DNA from: Octopus vulgaris
Taxonomy: Eukaryota
Direction of reading: 5' to 3'
Length of the DNA: 64,000 nt
Assembly (NCBI GenBank): GCA_951406725.2
Contig: OX597817.1
Location: forward strand, 57,288,001 to 57,352,000
The position numbers and the translations under genes are program-made. How positions within the stretch are numbered: position 1 is the first letter of the stretch; each line of letters opens with the position of its first letter. Below are positions 42,598-54,601 of this stretch, piece by piece. Under the pieces are notes generated by a model, which did no database searches, was not told where the DNA came from, and worked only from the letters and a program-made list of their open reading frames with translations.

Positions 42598-44083
42598 TTA
42601 CGGTTGTGAGAGGGAGCATGGCAGCTTTTGTCTGCCTGCCTCCCCCACACTCTCCGTTGTTGCTGGGCATTTAACCGGCGTTGCCACCGGGCTCTGGGAT
42701 GGAGTGGCTGCCGGGCTAATATTCAATTTTCCAGCTATCACCTCTTGTGTGACATCTTTAATCAGGTTGTCCCTCACGTGTAGTTGGAAGAGTCTCTCCT
42801 TCCATACCTCCTCTCCAACCTTCGCATACCTCCAATCCGGGTTTTTTTCCGATGATTTGAAACATTTTATGTTTGGTTTCGCCTTTATGTACCAAACTAC
42901 TCTCTCATTTGTTGTGTTATAAGCAATGCACCTATCGGTTTTTTTGAATCCTTTTAAAGTTGGGGGCTGGGGTTTAATGAAATGCTGGCCTACAAAAGTA
43001 GTGCCAGCGGGGTGGGATTGGATAATTTTTTTGTGTTGCTCTTCTGCGTTTGTTTTTCTTTTTGTTTGGGGTGGGGAGTCCGGGGTATTGGATTTCTTCC
43101 TTTTGTTGGTTACAGTCGTATATTCCATTACTTCCAGTTCTTTTCCATTTGATAAATTATTTTCCCCCTCGTTTTCGTTTTGTTTTCTATTCATTTTCTT
43201 TTCCTCCTTTTGACTTTCATTTTGCTTTTTCCGGGTATTCTCTTTTGTTGTTGCTGTGATGTCTGCTTTGTTCTCCACAGCGGTTTGAATGGGGGCATTA
43301 ACGGGTTTTTTTCTTTTTGCACTCTGAGCGGACGTGACCCTTCTGCCCACATTTGAAACATCTGGGCCTACGTCCCTCCACCGATACCCGCATAGTGTGT
43401 CCATCCCCCACGAAGACCCTGTCTGGCAAACTCTCCAGCGTTGCATTGTCAGCTTGAACTATCATTTCAAGCTGCTGACCTTTCCAAAATTTTGCCTCTT
43501 TCATCCTCATGTTTAAAATGTTTAATTTCTCTTCTACGTCAAATACGACCGCTGTTGCTGCCCACATTACATCGTAACCTGTTGGTATATCCTCTATTGT
43601 TACCTTAGCTGTTCTGCGCCCTAAGTACGTGGGCATCAACAGGATGTCTGCACTCTTCAACGTTTGAGTTGAAATTTCCTTCACTATGCTAGCCGACTCG
43701 AAATGCGCTTCAATAGTAGCGCTTCTCACTCCTTGGCCAACATAGCGAACCTTGTTCCAAATTGGTGCCATGCACCGTTCTACCAATTCATTTTTTACAT
43801 CTGCAATCTTTTTTTCCTTAATATTATATACCTTATAAATTACCGTCTTCTCATGGATTGCTTGTAAGGTGTCAGGGGGCGGTATTATTCTCGTTTCTTC
43901 TCCATTCTTTTGTATGAACTTTCTGAACTTGAAGAGATCCCCCATTGCTACTTCCAGTTCTATAACATTGCCTCCAACGGCTTCCAAAAAACTTTGTTTC
44001 TTCTTTGTATCCTTTAGCTTTTCATTATTTATAACTTCTCCCATCTCGGGAAAATCAGAATTTGACGTTAAGTCAAGATCCAT
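42598..44083 (-). pseudogene. LINE ORF1 (zinc-knuckle RNA-binding protein), one frameshift
   Basis: ATG at 44083, knuckle CFKCGQKGHVRSEC, and a frame change in the A-run at about 43305-43320 into ORF 42598-43446. Confidence 0.85.
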
Positions 44084-44300
44084 ATTAAAATGCAAGTGAC
44101 TTGTCACAAGAGACAAGATAAAAATTAATTCCACACTGAATTAAAGTTCATATATAAAAAGAAATTTTCTACCCCAAAGGGCGAAAATTACTTTGTTCCA
44201 CAAGTTAATACTCCAAAAATTGTACGTTTAAATCCAGAACAGAACGAACTAACATAACAGCTTACAACGTAAAATAATCCGACGTAATCCAAGGAAAAAT

Positions 44301-44841
44301 CAGTAGGTGTCGCTTCTGACAATCTCTGTTCGAAGGTTTTATTTACCTAGCTTCGGTGGAATACATCCACTTGTTTTCAATAATAGAAATATTAAAATTA
44401 CTAAGTCTCTCTAAAAGAGAACAACGGCAGCGTTCCCGGAAAATAATAGTTATCGCCATACTAATATGGCATTCTTATAAAAATAAGAATAAAGCTGTCC
44501 GCTTATTAGCTCCATGAGGCCATCGCCTTAAGTTAGCTATTTGATACACAAACTGTATCCATATAACCTTCGAACAAGGGAGGTCAGTCGCTCCACACTA
44601 CTTGACCGGCAGCTACAGACGCGTTTCGGGGTATTGCCCCTTTTCAATGCAGCATAGCCAGACCAGTAGGTGTCGCTTCTGACAATCTCTGTTCGAAGGT
44701 TTTATTTACCTAGCCTCGGTGGAATACATCCACTTGTTTTCAATAATAGAATGCCATATTAGTATGGCGATAACTATTATTTTCCGAGAACGCTGCCGTT
44801 GTTCTCTTTTAGAGAGACTTAGTAATTTCAATATTTCTATT
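44301..44841 (-). mobile_element. Retrozyme/Penelope pLTR-like repeat: 363-bp tandem unit plus inverted tail
   Basis: CAGTAGGTGTCG recurs at 44301 and 44664 (period 363). About 44750-44841 is an inverted copy of about 44383-44473. Flanked by (TA)n. Confidence 0.85.
44612..44653 (-). ncRNA. Predicted type I hammerhead (U3-A8 core variant) upstream of the LINE
   Basis: GCUGCA-UUGAAAA-GGGG(CAAUA)CCCC-GAAA-CGCG-UC-UGUAGC, with a palindromic ACGCGU stem III and a GUC triplet. Confidence 0.8.
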
Positions 44842-47800
44842 ATATATATATACATATACATATACACGACGGGCTTCTTTTAGTTTCCGTTTACCAAATC
44901 CACCCACAAGGCTTTAGTCAGCCTGAGGCTACAGTAGAAGATACTTGCCCAAGGTGCCACGCAGTGGGACTGAACCCAGACCCATGTAGTTGGTAAGCAA
45001 GCTACTTACCACACAGCCACTCTTGCACCTATGTTATTAATAAATTGAACAAACTAAAAGGTTATACTTCTATAGGACTTTTCCAAAGGCTGGCTCCATA
45101 TCTAGAAACCTGGGGTCCATACCTTCATCACCAGTGACAGGATTGATCTTTGCTGCCGAGCCATACCTCTATATCATTATGGTTGTAACTGATCATATTC
45201 AAACAACCCTTGGTTCTCATGACACACACTGAGGATTGTCGATGATTGTTATTTATATATATTATATTCATCATATTATTTATATTCTTTTACTTGTTTC
45301 AGTCATTTGACTGTGGCCATGCTGGAGCACCGCCTTTAGTTGAGCAAATCAACCCCAAGACTTATTCTTTGTAAGCCTAGTACTTATTCTATTGGCTTCT
45401 TTTTTGCCGAACAGCTAAGTTACGGGGATGTAAACACACTAGCATCGGTTGTCAAGCGATGTTGGGGGGGACAAACAGACACACAAACATACATACACAC
45501 ACACACACATATATATATACACACACACACGATGGGCTTCCTTCAGTTTCCGTCTACCAAATCCACTCACAAGGCTTTGGTTGGACCAAGGCTATAGTAG
45601 ACGACACCTGCCCAAGGTGCCTCGCAGTGGGAATGAACCCGGAGCCATGTGGTTGGTAACCAAGCTACTTACCACACAGCCACTCCTGTGCCTATAATTT
45701 ATATTTAATAACTTTTTTCCAGTTTACTTCTAGCACTGGGTTATCTTTAATAACTATGTCATCCTCTCTCGTTACACACCTAATTCTTTATAATTTATTA
45801 TTTTATAAACTCTCTTGACACTATTTAGCACATATCAGGGCCTCCGTAACTCTTACAATTTTTATAAACTCTTTTAAACATTGTCTTGTTAATCCCAATA
45901 ATTACATTATTTACATTTTACGGTTATTTGTAAATAATTCCTCATCTCTTAAATATAGAACTGTATAATCCCAATATTTTCAAATCACTCGGTAATGTTC
46001 TATCTATTGTGCCAGTACAATTTTAATTAACTTACTTTATTTGAAATAATTTGTGGCAACTTTGGTTGTTATAAACATTAAGTTAATGCCTTTGGCTCAT
46101 CCTTGTTTATCAGTTCTGCTTTTCTTTCTCAGTTAAGCTCCGGTCTTTCAACTGACAGATTCTTTGCAGCTAAGTAACTGACATCTACATACCGTGTGGG
46201 CTAAACTCTCATCATTATTATTATTATTCTAGGATGTTCATTTCTTCATTCTTGCCAATACCATGTTCCTCTCAGTCTTGTACCTCTTCCTCTCTCTTAC
46301 TTGTTTCAGTCATTTGACTGTGGCCATGCTGGAGCACTGCCTTTTAGTCGAGCAAATCAACTCCAGGATTTATTCTATTGGTCTCTTTTGTGGAACTGAT
46401 AAATTACGGGGATGTAAACACACAAGCATTGATTGTCAAGTGATGTTGGGGGGGACAAACACAGACACAAAAACATACACACACACACACACACATATAT
46501 ATACGACAGGCTTCTTTCAGTTTCCGTCTACCAAATCCACTCACAATGCTTTGGTTGGCCTGAGGCTATAGTAGAAGGCACTTGCCCAAGGTGCCACACA
46601 GTGGGACTGAACCCGGAACCATGTGTTTGAGAAGCAAGCTACTTACCACACAGCCACTCCTACGCCTCTGTAAGTGATTTATCTTTTTCTTTCTTTTCCT
46701 TTTACTCCCCCTCTTCTTTCCTTCTTCCAGAATTCTGCAGAGAACCTAGCTCAGCTGCAGTTTTGTTCTGCATTGTTAGCTGGATCTCCTGTCACTACGA
46801 TCCAAGTGCAAATTCCGCTGAGGCCGACTTTGCCTTTCATCCTTTTTGGGGTCGATAAATTAAGCTCCAGTTGCATACTGGGGTCGATGTGATCGACTAT
46901 CCACCCACACTCAAATTCCAGGCCTTGTGCCTAGAGTAGAAAGGATTATTAGCTGGATTTCCATTAAACGATGCCAATATACTTGTCGTTCAATAATATT
47001 CTTTTGGAACTCTTATAAAAATTAAGAGTATGAAACAACGAATGCTGACTTTAAAGTAATATTATACAGTAAATGTCTCTTTTTCCTTTGAGCCACATTG
47101 GCAGCTGCCTTTGAACATGTTTTGATGGGGATCAGACGTCATGCTTGGTTCCTACTCTCTGCTAGATTCAAGTAAGTTTAGTGACCTTTGGCCTTTGTGG
47201 ATGAGATCGCAAAGCTTCATGACTTTAGGTTTATTGGTGCCTTTAACTGTCCTTATATTTATGACTTTATTCTACCATCCATCCCTCTTGATTGGCCGGT
47301 TGCAGACACACCCAGCTTCGATTTCTTAAATATTGGTAATTCTGATTAGACTTCATTTGTTGATAAATCAAATCGTTAATTTGGTTGCCTGACGAGTTGG
47401 GTGTTATGTCGCGTTAGACAGTCTAACTAAATTGTATTATGCTTAGGTCACAATAAAGACTCTGAATGAAATAACTGGAGCAATTACCAGAAAGCCCCTT
47501 AGTCTATAATAAGATACATACACTCACATACATACAGTGTGCCTTGGAAAAAAGATGGGATGGCCATGGCTGGAACATCTTTTCACACAAGTTTGCTCAA
47601 TAAGGACTGACAGCTAAACAATAACACAAACAAACAGATATCGTTATAAACGTAAATACATAAAAAAAAAAAAACTAAACATCAATTGCTTTGAATTTGT
47701 TTATTCCAATCAAACTTTTAGATATGCCAATCTATACAACTTGTCTTGTTATTTTTTTTTCCGATATTTTTTCTTGCAATTAAATTTGCAAAATGAAAAG

Positions 47801-48879
47801 TTCTACAAAAATGGAAGATGTTCTTCCTGCCAAAAATTAAAAAAAAAAAATTTTTAGTCTAAAGTTCAGTGATTGCTGGTAATTAGTAATTGGTGGTGGT
47901 GGTGATACTAGAATGAAGAAACAAATTGATAAGGCCAAAAAATGAATGCTTGAATGGTGAGCAATTCTTTGGACTTGTTCAAAAACACACACTTTACTCA
48001 CACTTGCACAAACATCCAAAAAGAATTAAAAAAAGAAAAAGTGACAAATTCTTCATTCTACCAATGATTTGATGGTTTCTTGCAAGAAAGGCAAGGCAAA
48101 CTTTTGTTTTGGAGTAATTCCTCAGACTAGATTTTGAATTTACGCCAATCAGAGGAGGTAGGGGAAGGAGAGAAAAATACAATTTGTTATGAAATACTTT
48201 TAATTGAATTGGACATAAAAAAGGGTGTCATAGAAATTAAAATTCTTTACCCTTTTTTTTCTTTCTTTCTTCTATCCTACAGGTGCTCAAATAATTGATT
48301 GTATTTAGATATTTACACAGGGTGTAAGGAAAGAGGAAGGGGTTCATATGCAGTGTTGAGACAATCATTACTTTCTATTGTACTGCAGCTCTACACAGAA
48401 AAAGCTCCATTAAAGGTGAGGGCTACTAGTTTCAGGCTGATTAAATGGTTCAACACTCAGGTGTAAAGTGGGCGAGAAACAACTGGAATTAGTACAGATT
48501 CCGGTGTAAGAGTACAACTTGTAAGGCAAAAGTGAGTGAATTTTGTCTAAGAATCAAAAAGACGGCTTGCCTTCTGACATTAAATTCTAGTTGAGATTAT
48601 TGTAAAACATAAGAGTGTGTTTCAAGGGAAGGAGATTTCAACAGGTGATAAATGGTGGGGGAATTCTCCCCCACACACATACACACAAACACTATTGATA
48701 ATACATATTTATATTAAGCATAAAAGATCGCCTATGCAATATATATACACACATACAAATATGCATATATATATATAATAATAACAATTTGAGGGAATAT
48801 TATTCCTAACTTACAGGGATAATTCAATTTAGAAATACTAAATCAAATTTCACAAAATATAATATATATAAAAAAAATC

Positions 48880-49132
48880 GAAAAAACTAGTTTTTATCAA
48901 TTCAAAATGAACAATAAAATTACATATAATAGAAATAAAAAATAAAATCACAATAATATACCAATGATTATGTAAATTGCAAAATAATAATAAAAATGTA
49001 TATATATTTTTATTATTTTGCAATTTACTTAATCATCAGTATATTATTGAAATTTTAATACTTCTATTATATGTAATTTTCTAGATGGTGTAATTTTATT
49101 GTTCATTTTGAATTGATAAAAGGTGGTTTTTC
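48880..49132. repeat. AT-rich fold-back (MITE-like) hairpin
   Basis: TTTTATCAATTCAAAATGAACAATAAAATTACA...TGTAATTTTATTGTTCATTTTGAATTGATAAAA, with inner arms centred near 49000. Confidence 0.7.
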
Positions 49133-51430
49133 TAATTTTTGTATGTATATATATATATATATATACTTGTGTGTATACATAGACATACACAAAGATACAT
49201 GTACATCATACACTTATGTACATACATATTCACATATTGTAACACACACACAAATGCATATCTTTTGTACGAGCTAAATGTATTTATATAATAAGTTATA
49301 TACAAATGCCACATTCAGTTAGACATGAAGGTCTTAGGATGGCATGAAAGTATGGTTCCATCTACCTAAGCAAATGCTACTAAGGTACTAAATACCAACG
49401 TAATAACCACAAACTGGCCAAAGACAGTGCCAGGAAGCTCGTCAACTAATTGGGTCATTGGAGGTCAAAAGCCCGAATCGTAACTGAATGCAAAAGCTTC
49501 ACATGTCTGTTTGACCCTTTAACTGACCCATATTAAGTCCAAATATGTTTTTTTTGTTCAAACTGGCTAGATCTGGCCTCTCAAACTTACCCTATAATGC
49601 CATTCTAAAAAGGAACAATTACATCAGCAAAATCTCACAACTATGAGATAACGCATCATAACTTCAAAATAATGAAACTCGACAAGCATTGGATTTGTCA
49701 GAAGAATCTGAACACCAAATGACTAAACCTTCAACTGGCTACATTAGTATGGTACTGTATGTGTTTGTTTGTATGTATGTATGTATATAAACACACTCAT
49801 AACTGCATGTGTATATACTGTGTGTATATATAGTAACCAAGCAGAAATTACAGTGACTCAGGGGCCTAGAGTTTTGTGCTAGCACTTAACAAACCCACAC
49901 AATTCTTGGCTCTTCAGTCACTTCTGCAGATTATTAATAAAATATACAGACATATTCATATATATATATATCTGTGTGTGTGTATATAACAATTAGGTGG
50001 TTGATCTTTCAGCAAAATATTAACAAAATCGATTTTTTTTTCTATCTATTTGATGGAGGCATAAATTTATTTTTCTTAAAGAACAAACTGAAGGGCAAGC
50101 AACAATTGAAAACTGGTGTGAAAATGTGTTTGTGATTATTCCAACCTAATATATTACTGGTATTTCCATGTTTACTTGCTTAATCAAGCCCCTGCGAGGG
50201 ATGAAAGGCAAAGCTGACCCATGGCAAGGTTTCTTTTTTTTGATGGGTCAATGGAAGTACAACACTATATTTTGCAAAGTCTTTCAGGAATTCAGCCCCT
50301 GGTTATAAGGTATGAAACATAATTAAACCAATACGGTAACCCCACTTTGATCCCCAACACAGCAATGTAACAAATAACTTAAGTATATATAACTGGGGGT
50401 TAGAGGTTAGTGGAACAAATTGGGAGTGGGTGGGATGGGGACAGAACACTCTTTCCCTGCCCCCCCACAAAAAATTTGACAGGAATGATCTTGTGAATGC
50501 ACTGTTGTGTGAGCTGAGGAGGGCATGAGTGGGGCAATGACCTTTCGGCAGTGACCTTCAGTTCCAGCAAAAATATTTAAGAAGGGGGGAAAAAAAAGAG
50601 AAAAAGAGGAATTAATTGGTAGAGAAAAAGGTTTGGGAATTGAATCTGGACAAAAAGGGAAATATGTGGGCTCAGTGAGAGCTTGCAGAAGAGAGGACCA
50701 ACCTATCAACCTGTGTTTGTGAGAAAAGATAGGACAAAGTGTCAGTTAACAGTGAAGAAAATATTATGAAGGAAAAAAAATAGGTTTTACTTTTTGGTTT
50801 GTTTCAAAGATAAAAATAATTATTTGGAACCGTGATGTGGAAGTGTGTACGTCTGTGTGTGTGTGTGTATATATATACCCACACACCACTCATATATGTA
50901 CAAGCAGGCATTTATGCATATTTATATCAACACATTCATGCACATATATAGTTTATATATACACACACACACATGTATGCATGTAATATGTATATGTGTA
51001 TGTCTGTATTTTTTTCCAAAATTTTGTAAAATATAATTTTTGGTAGCTACAAAACATAAAAAACTAAATTTTATTGTCTGTGTGTGCATGACAGAAAAAC
51101 TGCCTTCATTAATTCAATTTACAATTCATTAGTGTTAAGGGGATTCTCTAGTTGAACTGTTTCGTGTCTGTATTTGCAATTGTGTGTGTTTGTGTACACA
51201 TATATGCAGATTGATTTTATATACTTTTGTATAGAAATGTGCACATATATGTGTGTCTATATATGTTTGGTGTTACAAACAGGAAAGCAGAACTCAAAAC
51301 ATGAGTATATATATATATATACAAAGTTTAATTAGCAGAAGTTACAATGTAACTCAGGGGTCCAGAGATTTAAATAATGACCAATGCATGAAATTCTTGG
51401 TCCTTAAGTCACTTTGTAACTTCTGCTAAT

Positions 51431-51463
<33 letters not shown>

Positions 51464-51965
51464 GTTCACTGAAATATTTTCCGACAAAATTATATACTCT
51501 ATACAATGTATTAAGTTTTTTCTTTCTGTGTTGCATTTTTGTGTGTGTTAAAAATACAGCAACAAGTGTGTGTGTGTGTTGTGAATTGTGTCTGTGTCCA
51601 CTGAGTGATGCATCCACTGTGTTGCTAATTAAATAACCATCATTAACTCACCAAATTACGTTTCAATATCTGTACAGTGCATATGTGGTGATGTGTTTCA
51701 AGTCCAAGTAAGAGATGGGGTGGGGTACAATAGCAGGGTGGGCTGACAATCTCGTGCAGTAAACTCCACTGCAACATGTGGAAAACAGACATGTTGCAAC
51801 TGTGCAGTGTGGGCCCACATGTTGATGCAATCTGCACTGTACCCACCAACCAAAGAAGACAAAACAATGGTCGTTCCTTCAGTGGAAATCAATTTGCATA
51901 TTGAACTGTTATTGAATAAACATTAGACTAAATTGAAAAGATGGAGAATGAAGAATGAGGGATGG

Positions 51966-52068
51966 TCAGAATATATCTGGACATCTTGACCAATCACGCT
52001 GCCAATAGTCTTTGTTGAAAAGCCAGTCTTCTTTACCAGTGGTCGGGTGGGTACCATAGTGGAACCAT
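51966..52068 (-). CDS. OSBPL1A: Terminal coding exon of an OSBP-related protein (ORP1/2 type)
   Basis: TTTCAG acceptor; WFHYGTHPTTGKEDWLFNKDYWQRDWSRCPDIF* matches the ORP C-terminal WF...YW.R...PDI(Y/F) motif. Confidence 0.92.
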
Positions 52069-52826
52069 CTGAAATACAGAGAAAAAGACTGAAATGAGGG
52101 TGAGGGTTGTGCTGAATATTTATAGAGTTGTACTACATTCTGCAGTGGTCTGCTGAAAAAAAATATATATCAGATATGTGCCATCAGTAAGTACCCAGGG
52201 TAGGCAGTTGGTGACCTTTATGTAGTACAACACAAAAAATAAGTGAAACACAGGCGGACGACTGAGTTGGAGGCAGATTTACTAATGCCGTTATAGCACA
52301 AAGAGAAAACAGTGTTGTAGGAATGTACGCAGCATGTGTACTACAGCAGTCGTATGCGTAGCTTTAATACTGAGACTGAAAGGCAGGGGTGAATTATGCC
52401 TACCTAATCTACAAAAGAACAAAACATTTTACATATAGTAATCAGAGTAACCTTCATAATTTTATTGAATTTATGCATATTTTGCCATAAAAGGAAAATG
52501 TCACTATCGATCTATTTTATTCAAGGAAGGCATTGCCTACCTAGGCAGTATATCTCTGATATATATCTATTAAACAGATTGAAGATGGTGGTATTATGAC
52601 TTTATTAAAGGCGACAATTGTTTCAGAAGCAAGTGGAGTCATTTTGGCCAGGTGCACATTGGTTTGTACAGGTAGAAATTACATAAGTTCAAACACTGAT
52701 TTATTAAAGTCATGAATAAACCTCTCAACTCATCAGGAGGCTTGTTAAAGTTACTGGTGGTAATTTAATTCATGAATTCATTTATCATTATTAAGATTTA
52801 CATAATTTGCATCTACAAAACCAATG

Positions 52827-53367
52827 TACAAAGTCTGATCAAAAAGTATCGGGACTCGTGCTGTAAATAGAAAAACTACAACCACAATTTGGCATTTAAT
52901 CTCTTTTGAGTTGTCTCCTGCAGCCACACACTTTATCCAGCAGTGTTTCCATTGATGGAAGCATTCCTGGAACTCCTTTTATTTTAGGGATATTGAACAG
53001 CCGCCATGTTCCATTTTCTTGGATTTTCTCAATGAATTCTTGTGAAGGATCTTACACTGTAAAGACTGAGCCTTGATTTCACAGACATAGACTCGTAATT
53101 TTTCACCTCTTACGACCATTTTCAAAAAGTCTTCATCTTCCACAACGCAAGGTGGTTCTGCAAAGATGATGAAATTGAATCTTTTCAACATTACCACATT
53201 CTACACACTTTATTTCCAAGCACTGCTAGAAGCGAGTGAGGACATCATATCTCAGTGTGCATGCACAATAGAGTTCAAGGTCAATCTGTGCCAAGTGGCT
53301 TCACTCTGCATACTTTAGCTTTGTCACTATAGTAACAGTCATGATACCATTTGATCACACCTCATAT
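52827..53367 (-). mobile_element. Non-autonomous mariner element
   Basis: Imperfect TIRs TACAAAGTCTGATCAAAAAGTAT / ATACCATTTGATCACACCTCATA; the minus strand encodes EFQECFHQWKHCWIKCV (transposase C-terminus). Confidence 0.7.
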
Positions 53368-53689
53368 ACATAGCTGAAATGATTCCACTTGCTACTGAAA
53401 CAATCATCACCATAACATGGTCTTAGGAATCCTATGCACACTCCAGCACTTTATCTTAAAATAAAATAAAACAAATCCCAGCCTTCTGTGATTCTTTTTG
53501 GATGGCTCAATCATGCTATCTTAAGTTCCTACTTCATTTTTTTTTTCAATTGTAACCATTTACAAGGTTGATTTCTCTCAGCCTTGCAGATGCTTACAAA
53601 TGGTTGTTTTTAGCATTATCTTTATGTTTGATATCTTCCCTTCCTTCACAGGTTTCTCCAAAATACCAATTATTTCTGCTCTATATTTA

Positions 53690-53917
53690 AGAGATGAGGC
53701 ATTATGTACATTATTTACATTTGACAGATATTTGTCCTCATCTTGTTTGTTGTTAATGTTTCGGCTGATATACCCTCCAGCCTTCATCAGGTGTCTTGGG
53801 GAAATTTCAAACCTGGATTCTCATTCCTAAGGTATTTTTCGATATTATTATTCAGGTCACTGCTTGAAATTGAACTCGGAATCTTGGGGTTAGTAGCTTG
53901 TGCTCTTAACCTGTGGG
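53690..53917 (-). mobile_element. tRNA-headed SINE-like element with a hammerhead core
   Basis: tRNA-like head at about 53855-53915 and GACAC-CUGAUGA-AGGCUG...CAGCC-GAAAC at 53757-53795. Second copy at 60645-60892. Confidence 0.65.
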
Positions 53918-54510
53918 CAGTTTGAATCTTTTATACTTTATTTTTTCTGGGAGGTATTTTCTCACAAAGGAATAATTTAAAATCCAAATTTAACAACTCA
54001 CACTGTATTGAAAACCTCATCAGCTGTCCAGTGAAGTGAAATTGTGATTTCAGTTATAAACAGGCCTTCTAGATACAGCTGATAGAAATCAGGAAAATAA
54101 ATAAAGGTCCCCTTATTGGATGATACTCAATGTGAGATACTCATTTCTGATTAATTAATCAGGATTGAGGACTAGATCAGTGGTGGCTCAGGTATTTTTA
54201 CCATTTTTAATTACTGGTACCAATCTAAAATATGAGTTTAAGAGCCAATAAAAAATCTTTATGTGGTCTTTTGACCTGCTAGATATAGGAGCCATAAATC
54301 CTTCCAGCCATACACTATTATCTTAACAAATGGAAGGATACACTGATCAATGTAGTCCAGGAAATACTATGCTTAAAAAAACAGACAAATGCTTGCAGCT
54401 GGTAGGCTTTTGAACGTAGGCTTACATAACGAGGACAACCTTCAGATTGAATAGATCCTTAGTCAACAAATAAATGGTTTAAGAAACAACTAATGTCAAA
54501 GACAACTTAC

Positions 54511-54601
54511 ACAGGCGTCCATTCTTCTTTCTTTTTCTTCCGTTCTCGGCGAGCTGATCTTTGTTTCTCTTCTAGCCGGTTCTTCTCCATGGCAGCAGTG
54601 T
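54511..54601 (-). CDS. OSBPL1A: Penultimate exon of the OSBP-related protein
   Basis: CTGCAG acceptor, (D)TAAMEKNRLEEKQRSARRERKKKKEEWTP(V), GTAAGT donor; EKxRLEEKQR signature; phases 1/2 fit the neighbouring exons. Confidence 0.93.

Larger units (their letters stand above)
38939..44300 (-). mobile_element. Near full-length Tx1/L1-clade non-LTR retrotransposon (~5.36 kb)
   Basis: ORF1 with a CCHC knuckle and ORF2 with APE, RT and a C-terminal zinc finger. Perfect 17-bp TSD CAGTAGGTGTCGCTTCT at 38922-38938 and 44301-44317. AATAAA at the 3' end (38945-38950). Confidence 0.95.

Noticed and set aside
39972-43516. Antisense and alternate-frame ORFs within the LINE
   Set aside because: Shadows of the LINE ORFs with no independent motifs.
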